Below are positions 54,803 through 64,000 of a stretch of DNA of 64,000 nucleotides, piece by piece. Numbering within the stretch: the stretch's first letter is position 1; each line of letters begins with the position of its first letter. The translations under genes were made by a program, and so were the position numbers. Below the pieces are notes generated by a model that saw only the letters and a program-made list of their open reading frames with translations, was not told the origin of the DNA and made no database searches. The stretch lies in assembly GCA_012295275.1 (NCBI GenBank), contig CM022665.1:23436001-23500000 (forward strand). Direction: 5' to 3'. Source of the DNA: Chrysomallon squamiferum (Eukaryota > Animalia > Mollusca).

Positions 54803-56840
54803 ACAGTAATTTACTCTCTTTCTTTTTTTCTCTTACTAATCACTTTTTTATCAGAAGGTATTACATTTATATCTTTGAAAATAAAGAATGAAAAAAATGC
54901 ACTTTGATTCTTCACAAGCTTTTTTTGTTTTGATTTTATTTTATTTTATTTCATTTCATTTTTTATTTTATTTTATTTTATTTTATTTTATTTTATTTTG
55001 TTATTTTATTTATTTATTCATTTATTTATTTATTGTTGTTAGTATTAGCAAAATAAAACTAACACCAGTGAAATAAATAACATGACGTAAGGTAATATAA
55101 CAAAAAATAACTTAACAAGAATATAGTAAAAATATAAATGACTGAAGAGAAAGAAATTAGTTTTATTTGCATTTTTCTGTATGAGTGAATTGTAAAAATT
55201 TAAATAAAATATTACTACTTCAACTAATAAACTGTTGTTAGTAGCAGCTTTTAGTATAGTACCAACAGAACCACTAGTGTTAGCTAATGTAGATAGATAT
55301 GGATATTGTAGCAGCAGTAATAGTGGTGATGGTGGTAATGTAGTAGTAGTACAGATAACAATAGCATATAACAGTAATAATACTGATAATAGGCTTACTC
55401 TATTTCGTTTTATTTTTTTTTTTTTTAAATCAGTTTTATTTATTTTTTATATTTTTATTTTTATTTATTTTATATTTTCATTTATTTATGCTTTACTAAA
55501 TACTAAACCAAAGTTCAAATGGTAATTTCAAACAGAAATTATGTTCTTTATTGACAGGCTACGAAATCATGAACGATGTTCTTTGAAAGAGCTCCAAGAC
55601 ATTTTATCAGTGGAAATGTTCGTGTTCTGTCAACCATGAGAAAAACTAGGAACAGATGTCAAGATGTTATGTGTTAACCCACATTTATTAGTTTCATTAG
55701 CGATAAGTTACAAAGTACACTCTTTCATATCTTGGGTCATCATTTCTTTTTCAGTAATATAATAACACAAAACATTTTCCCAGTACCGTACACACGAGAA
55801 GTAATGAAATTACAAATGCTTTAGCTATTGTTGTTGTCGCTATTACTTCTTCTTCTACTACTACTACTACTACTTCTACTGTTACTACTACAACTGTTAC
55901 TGCTATTACTACTACTACCACTACCACTACCACTATTAATAATAATAATAGTAATAATAATAATTGTTGTTGTTGTTGTTATTGTTATTATTATTACTAC
56001 TATTATAAGTGTTACTACTTTTTCTACTTCAACAATTATTACTACTACCACTACTATTACTACAGCATCTATTCATACTATAATATTACTATAACAACTA
56101 ATGTAACTACTATTACTTAAAAATATTAACAGAATATAAATAAAAAAATAAATGCAGACATCTTTAATAATGGGGAAAAAAAATACATTATCATGATTAG
56201 AACTTATTAAAACGAATAAAAGATAATATAATAATAATAATAATAATAAAATAATAATAATAAAAAGAAGAAGGAAATAAAAAAATAAAAATAAATGAAC
56301 CAAAGAAACGTTAACTGAGAAAAAAATAAAAAATAAATAAAAACATTAATATCAGTAAAAAGTTAATTCCAATAAACATAACAGGAAAGCTTGTATTTTG
56401 CCTCATCGCTGCTTTTGTTTCGTTTTCAAAGTGATAAACAGAAAAAACAGGAAAGAAAAAGCAGCAGGTTAAAGAGCTTGTGAACGTTGACCAGGGGCTG
56501 AAACTACTTGACCGTCTGAAGATGAGTCAAACCTCCAGAAGAAACAAAATTAGTGAGAAACTGGCCAAGAACGATGAAAAGTTGTTTATTTTACTTTATT
56601 TTATTTTATTTTATTAAATTTTATTTTATTTATTTATTTATTTATTTATTTATTTTTTTTTTTTTTTTTTTATTTATTATTTTATTTTAGACATTCCTTA
56701 GTTTATTTTAATAGTGAAGATGTAAAAATATAATTAGAAACAGCCTATTCAAACAGAACAGAAATGAGACGATGAAGAAGAAGAAGAAGAAGAAGAAGAA
56801 GATGATGATGATAATAATAATAATAATAATAATAATAATT

Positions 56841-56884
<44 letters not shown>

Positions 56885-57041
56885 TAATAATAATATAAAT
56901 AATAAGCACGGCAAAGTAGAACTTTTCGATAAAAGAAATAAACAAAAAATAAATAATAATAACAGTAATTATTATTCTTTTTCTTTTTTTATCATTATTC
57001 TGTTTAACGATCAGGACTGTTCCCCCTTTTCTCTCTCTCTG

Positions 57042-57075
<34 letters not shown>

Positions 57076-57228
57076 TAAAATTAATTCATTTTAAAAGGTT
57101 TCCCAACTTGAAAACACATGATCGAGTAACAAATCCACACAAATCAGTCTTTGTCAAGGGTGGGATGAAGTCCTAGCTGGAAATAATATGAAATAAATTC
57201 AAAATCTACACATAGAGAGAGAAAAAAA

Positions 57229-57265
<37 letters not shown>

Positions 57266-57654
57266 CTTGTTAATCTCAAAGCATTTACCGCGGCTGGGAA
57301 GCCATCTATCTTAGTACTAAGTGACATTTTCAATTTTAGAATGAGCGAACGTTAAAACACGTGCCCACTTCTCCGTTACACACGGTTTGGCTAATGACGT
57401 CGCGCAAATAAGCTTCATTCTTGCCGCGGACCTTGCATCTCAGCTGGGTCCCGTATTAACAGCTAATCAGGGGAAAATTGTAATCTAATCCGACAAGACC
57501 TGAGGACTAGGGAAATGTATTGATATCAGGTAGAGATGAAGATATAAGGCACACCGTGTACACTTGTTATTTGTTATTGTTATTGTTATTATTAGTGATA
57601 TTATTAAGAGTGCAATTATTATTAATTCCGTTACTTTTTATTACTGCAACGTTA

Positions 57655-57686
<32 letters not shown>

Positions 57687-57967
57687 TTACTACTATTACT
57701 ATTACTGCTGCTGCTGCTAGTATTACAATGTCTTCTACTACTGCTACTACTGCTGAAAGTTCTGGTAGAACTACTAGTATTGCCACCAACATGGCTGCTA
57801 CTACTCTGCTACCATCGCTAAACAACAGCTACTAATAACGTTCCTATAATAATTATTACTACAACCTCTTGTGTTACTTCTGTTCATATTTTCTTATTAC
57901 TGTTGTTTTTGTTTAAAGACAATTAATTTATACTGAGGGTAAAAAAAATAACAACAAAAAAAGGAAC

Positions 57968-58043
<76 letters not shown>

Positions 58044-58380
58044 GTTCGTCTGTTGTTTGTTTTGTTAGGTTTCTTTTTTTGTTTGTTTTTTGTTCTTTTT
58101 TTGTTGTTGTTTTTTTACGAAACATCATGACGATAATACTAGCAATAATAATTTGAGTAATAATCAAGTAATTTTTAGAAAAAGAATGATAAAATATGTG
58201 ATTTAAAGAATTGATAAAACACAAGAACCTACATTTCAGCATGTTTTATTTCACAAAGAGTCAAGCATACAAGCTTGTATTAATTAGAAAATTTAATGAT
58301 GAATATGTACATAACAGAAATTTAATAATAATAATATTACTAAAATGTAATAATAATAACAAAAACAATGATAATAATAA

Positions 58381-58411
<31 letters not shown>

Positions 58412-58710
58412 AAGACATCAGCAAATAAAATATATATATATATAAAACAAAGAATACAAATAGAAATGTAATTTTTTTTAAAATACAAACTATATATATC
58501 TGATTAGACCTTACAGAACCTCAAATTTTCATAATAGGAAAAAACTATAAAAAAAGAAATCTCTTCAATAATAATGGAATCTAACACATAAACCAGCGTG
58601 AGCAGAACTAGTTTCACAGGCTCTGTAGAATGACATTTAATCATTTAATAGCATTATTTAATTTCTTCTTTTATTTTTTTTATTTGCTATTTAATTACAT
58701 AAAGAAACTT

Positions 58711-58713
<3 letters not shown>

Positions 58714-58793
<80 letters not shown>
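58714..58793. repeat. (CT)n microsatellite
   Basis: Directly visible. Confidence 0.97.
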
Positions 58794-58796
<3 letters not shown>

Positions 58797-59866
58797 GTCA
58801 TTAAAAATGATTAAAAAAACCAAACACCTAATGAATAATAACAAGAATAAAACAATATATACAGCTTTAAAATCAAGAAAAGCTTTATTTTAAAATAAAT
58901 TAATATAATCGTATTAACACATACTAACACTTTTTCCATTGCTAAATATTACCAAAATTTATTTTCTTCTTCTGTTTTTAATCTTACGAACACACTGTAC
59001 TTCTAAACATGGTGCCAGTCTTAACATTACTAACATACAAATAACATAGACATCATTTTTATGAAGACAAATTCACATTCTACCGTCCTTAGGACGTAAA
59101 TACAATATACAGAAAAACACAGAATATTTCTACGTCGTATGAAACAGTCTGTGGTATATTATTCATTATAATATTTGAGCCGCGCCTCATTCCTTGACTA
59201 ATTACCTTCCGCGTCATACGCAGCACTTCTTGCTATTAGAGATGGCCACGTTTTTAAATAACAGGCAGAAACGAACCAATGAAATCTGCAGCACTATGAT
59301 AGGTTATTAAGGAACGACCACGAAAGATGGAGCTATAAAATAGCTATAGCAATTCCCGATAAGCAATTTTTTCGTTCACGTTAATTATTTATATAATTAA
59401 TGTTATTATTATAGGTGTTTTTTTTTTTTTTTTTATTGTTATTATTATTGTTCTTGTTGTTGTTATGGTTTTTGTCATTATTATCATCATCAGTCTTCAT
59501 TCATCACGATCATCATCATTATTTCACTAATGTAATTTCATAAGTTTTGTCAAAAGATCTTGATTTTAACGTATACATGCTAATATATAAATCACGAATA
59601 AAACTGTAAGGAAAAGGTTAACGTGCGAGTGATGCAATTAAGAAACAAACATGAGAAAGGAATAAAAAAATAATATAAAAATAAATATAAATAAATAAGA
59701 ATTATTTGTAATCTGTGTGTGTATGTATATATACAGATACAGCTTTCGTATAATAATGTTCAGTGTTTACTGCTAGACAATACTAATATCTTAATCGATG
59801 TTATAATTTTTAAACACTGGGCAGAAAAACCGATTAATTCTTGTGGCCGGTCTTACATGGTTCAGT

Positions 59867-60132
59867 TTATAGTAACTGTTCTCTAACATTTTCAGAAACT
59901 TTATCTGTCGTACGAGTAGGTGTGTTGGTGTCGACGTCTATCACGCTGTCTTCGTCTTCTTCCGGCGACTGATGCAAATAATGAACATGTTGTTGTGCAC
60001 GCGCTCGCAGAGCTGCAATACTCTCGGAACGGAAGTCTTCTCGGTCACGTGTTTCTGGTGCACGTGACCTGTCACTATCGGCTGCATCCTCTTCTAATTT
60101 TGCAGGACTGGTTACTGACTTTCTGTACATGC
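59867..60132 (-). CDS. Vsx: Vsx gene C last exon, OAR motif
   Basis: Minus-strand acceptor CATTCAG|GC; ORF 59867..60130; OAR-like [13 protein letters not shown]; stop TAA. Confidence 0.93.
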
Positions 60133-60208
60133 CTGAATGAGTTAAGACGAAATGTTTTTAAGAAATTAAAATGAATATGGAAGGGTATTTGCATGTAGTG
60201 TTTTTTGC

Positions 60209-60259
<51 letters not shown>

Positions 60260-60527
60260 TTCATTTATTTATTTATTCATTTATTTATTTATTTTAATAT
60301 AACTGTTTGTTTGTTTGTTTGTTCGATGAAATACAAATTAACTTACTCAAAAGCCAAGGCGCCGAGGAATCAAGAACACCTTCACTGGCACTTTTCAAAA
60401 TAGTTTCCGGAAGCGGAAGTGAATGGCGTACCATCGCACCGTATAATCCATATTCCGCCATGATGCTGCTTCTACCCCAAGTTTTTTCTGTTTTCCGCCA
60501 TTTCGCCCTTCGGTTTTGGAACCAAAC
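59867..60527 (-). CDS. Vsx: Vsx/Chx10-family homeobox gene C, 3' part only: complement(join(59867..60132,60347..60527)); upstream exons expected beyond 64000
   Basis: Two minus-strand exons with canonical splice sites encode [82 protein letters not shown]. No exon 3 found by eye in 60528-64000. Confidence 0.92.
60347..60527 (-). CDS. Vsx: Vsx gene C exon 4 equivalent, recognition helix and CVC domain
   Basis: Minus-strand acceptor TTTCAG|GTT (CTG at 60528-60530) and donor A|GTAAGT (ACTTAC at 60341-60346); 181 nt. The ORF track shows only its antisense shadow (60307..60531 +). Confidence 0.96.
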
Positions 60528-60783
60528 CTGAAATAAAATGATCCAAACAGTATTAATTGTTATCTCAAGTGTCTTTCTCTTTAGGATTTAGTTCAAATTA
60601 TGGATGCCTATAAGTAGATAAAATCACGTGTATCCACTTCACTGCACGTGACAATTTGATATTTAATGACAAAATACTTATTAGAGGATTTTTCTCACAA
60701 ATTCTACTGAATATAAAATTACTATGTTAATTTTTATTACGGTTATTCCATACAGTTTCAAAAAAAATAAAATAAATAAATCA

Positions 60784-60784
<1 letters not shown>

Positions 60785-60880
<96 letters not shown>

Positions 60881-60895
60881 ACGCATATACACACA
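60785..60895. repeat. Compound (CT)n(CA)n microsatellite in a gene C intron
   Basis: Directly visible. Confidence 0.95.
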
Positions 60896-60978
60896 AAGCC
60901 AAACTAGGATGCAATTAAAAGAAATAATTGTGTTTTTTGTAATAGCAGCTAAGTAAAGACAATGATGATGATAATGAA

Positions 60979-61027
<49 letters not shown>

Positions 61028-64000
61028 TTAATCAAAATAACAGTAAAAGCTTATTAACAATTAACAACATTACAGTATTTATGGAAGGCAGCAGAATACC
61101 TTGTACATCATCTGCAAACCACGGATGGCTGTTTAAACAAATATTGTAATTAACGGTAACGAAATGTGCACTTCGTAAACCTGCTAGTGATGACATAAAA
61201 CGTGTTCCCAACAACGCAAACAAAATGCTGTTTGAGCCGAACTTTTATATATTAAATAGAGCCAGTAGGGTCTGTACTAAACTTATTGTATGGTTCGGCG
61301 ATGTGCGCACAGTGCCATAAACGACTCGAATGGTTAGTAATCAACTGACATAATACACGTGACAGTTGGGGGAAAAAAAATTCTGTGAAGAGTAATCTGC
61401 AAATGAGTTTTACTTGTCTACCACTGTTCTCCATGGATGACGAATCTCGATTTGCTAAAACCTCTCGACAATTGTCTCCATTGACATCACTCTCGTCGGA
61501 GCCGAATTACTTTCCGTACATCGAGATTGATAGTGAACTGAGGCGATTAGCAGGTAATTGAAAAAACGTCTCGGTTCGCCGAACGATAACATTCACGACA
61601 GCCGTCAAGCGGTCGACACCGTGCGCGCCTGTGCTTACAAATAGTGCTTAACTCACTGCATTCACAAAAGAATACAGCTAATCACATTGATAGGTAGAAA
61701 TTAAACGATACAGGTCGCGTATTCTTCAGACTTAGCGGTTGGCACTCGAGTCGAAATGCTCTTCGTATAGAATGAGGTTTTTCGAACAAATAATAATAAT
61801 AATAACGTTCCTAAAAAAAAAAAATCAATGTAAACGCAATTGTGAAAGAAGAAAAAAAAAAAAAAAATACAGAGGAAAGAGAGGTCCAGTGTTGGTTGGG
61901 GAAGAACCGTGACCAAGTGATGTGCGATTGTGTGCAATTATCAACTTAGAAAATATAAAAACTCAATAGCATCGCGTGTCGCTCTCAAGTCTTCTTAGAT
62001 AGCTTGTGAATGGCGACATTTATTATATTAATGGCAATTACAAACTACAAAGGTTTGAGGTTGACGGTAGCACGCAAGGTAATCAAGCTCATTTGCCTAT
62101 TAGCGACTCTGAAAGCTGTGATTATTCCATAAACTGTACCGTCATGTGTACGTGATATGCCCAATACTGAATATCTCAGTCCTCTGCTTGCGTTTAACTG
62201 CAATTTATTACAAGTCATTTTAAATCCTTAACAAGATTTCCATATTAATAATACAGTATTTAGCAGTTATCATTTCTTGTGCTTTGTTATTCCCTCCGTT
62301 CATTCGTTCTTTTGGCCTATAAATATTGCTTTCTATTTCTTTCCATTTTTCTTCTTCTTTCTTTTTCTCTTTCATTCTCTCTTTCTTACTTTCTTTCTTT
62401 CTGTCTTTTCTTTTTCTTTTTCTTTATTTTGGCTTCGTGGCTAAAATAAAAACATGTGAAATGAAATTATTTCTGGTTTTATTATAATTTTTAAATATAA
62501 AAATATTCAAGATCATAGTACTTACGTTCATATATCCCCCCCCCCAAGTTCAAGTTATTTATATTATCTGTGTTGACAAATAACATAGCTATTTCTGCTT
62601 CTTTATTTCTTTCTTTTGTTTAGTTCATACATTTTTTCTTTATTTCTTCTTTTCAGTCTTCCTTTCTCTTAGTGTCTTTCCTTCTGTTAAACATTAACTC
62701 TTTACTTATTTCTTTATATTTTTAAATACACTGACTGAGGATTTAATTTTTTTATTTTTAACAGCAGTTCTGTTTCTGTTTTTTTCTTTTCTCTCTCTCT
62801 CCTACGGTTATTAGCTGTATGATAAACACAGCTAGTTAATTATTAGATTGTAAAGAAAATACACACTTTACATTAAAACGTGATAAAATACTGGTTTTCG
62901 TAACAGGTCCTGATTTTCACTAATTTTATAAAATGCTGCCTAAGGCAGTTCATACAATACTTCACAAAGCGTTTCTTTTCTGAAATAAAATTTCATAGGT
63001 TATATATAAATCAGTTGTTCAGAAACATTCGAGCACTGGCTGGTGCAAGAAGAAATAGCCCAATGATAGCGTCGTCGAAGAGAGTCGATCCTCCAACAAA
63101 ACGATGCCTCAGCCAGATGCTGAACCCCGAAGCGAAATTTGTCCTCCTCTGTTTGCTCGGAAGATTTAGGCAAGTTTAGCTGTGGATTGGCGCAGGAATT
63201 CAAATTCGATTCTGGTACTTACGAACTGAAATACCTGGGTTTGCCTTCATTATGTTATCAAGGATTCCGATATTACAACTCTGGCTTCGCGTCAGAACTT
63301 CAATAAACTGTCGTTAAATGCAGAAGCCACATAAATGAGATCTAACAAAATTAGGTGTGATAAATGGGACAATAAAATCATTATTCAATCACTCAGTCAA
63401 TCTATTCTAAAAATTAATGCTTAATTTACGAACATAAATCAAATCCTCGAAATTAGAATTCCCTCAACCCAGCTTGGAAATGGCTGTAAAAATTCCATTA
63501 CCGAAAGCTTTACCTCGCGCACGGGAGAAGGCCTATAAACTATTGATACAAGCGACGACTCATTTAGCGTGATGGCCGTTATGAATGTAATTCTTAGTGT
63601 TCACCACTCGCTATCCATTTGTTGTAACACATATGATTGCCGGGCCCAGCGACGTGAAAGAACATAAAGGTTGTGTACAGCGCACAACACGGGAAACCGA
63701 TTTGAACGATTCACGAGAGAAATTAGGAATTAAGCATATAAACATCAAAATCAATAGGAGTCCTGATTTGTTATTTGTAATAAGGTAATGTGATGAATTT
63801 GCTAAATGGTCTGGTTTCAGAGTTAGACTGATGAGTTACTTACGCCGACTTTAGAAATGAATGTCACGGAAGGCTAGTTTCATTTTGGAATAAATAAAAA
63901 AAATGGTTAAATTGTCTAAATGGATTGACATGGCAATTAGATGGTTGTTTTAATACATAGTGGTATATAATTACCGTGGGTTTGAAAACAGTCATTATCG

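Noticed and set aside
62801-62842. GGTTATTAGCTGTATGA resembles the 3' part of miR-9 (GGTTATCTAGCTGTATGA) and sits in a small hairpin TAGCTGT..ACAGCTA
   Set aside because: The miR-9 seed (CTTTGGT) is absent (CTACGGT here), and the hairpin is only about 35-40 nt, too short for a pre-miRNA. Treated as chance unless small-RNA reads show otherwise.
63217-63310. Minus-strand GTAAGT donor-like site with a short open frame upstream, considered as a gene C exon
   Set aside because: The translation is not homeodomain-like and the phase does not fit the phase-0 IQ|VWF junction. The true exon 3 should lie beyond the window.

Overview
AT-rich, microsatellite-laden animal genomic DNA with GT-AG introns. 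An invertebrate bilaterian, possibly a mollusc or other lophotrochozoan, is inferred and not proven. The window holds a cluster of three Vsx/Chx10/ceh-10-family paired-like (Q50) homeobox genes, identified by homeodomain, CVC domain and OAR motif (plus an eh1/octapeptide where exon 1 is visible). Gene A is on + (CDS 5120-14060, 5 exons, 351 aa). Gene B is on + (27344-44761, 5 exons, 364 aa). Gene C is on - and convergent with B; only its last two coding exons (60527-59867) lie in the window. Exon models were built by hand from splice sites and frame continuity. Almost all other listed ORFs are microsatellite artefacts. Most notable signals: (1) a 125-nt tract of exon 4 is 97% identical between the inverted outer paralogues A and C, including synonymous sites, while the rest of the exon is strongly diverged at synonymous sites, suggesting gene conversion; (2) gene B has a coding-like 36-codon in-frame extension after its UGA, with a perfect hairpin 10 nt downstream, making it a stop-codon readthrough candidate; (3) many CpG-containing non-coding islands carry homeodomain/TALE motifs, including a duplicated module that keeps only its motif blocks; (4) a TTAA-bounded foldback element and several unusual tandem repeats are present.
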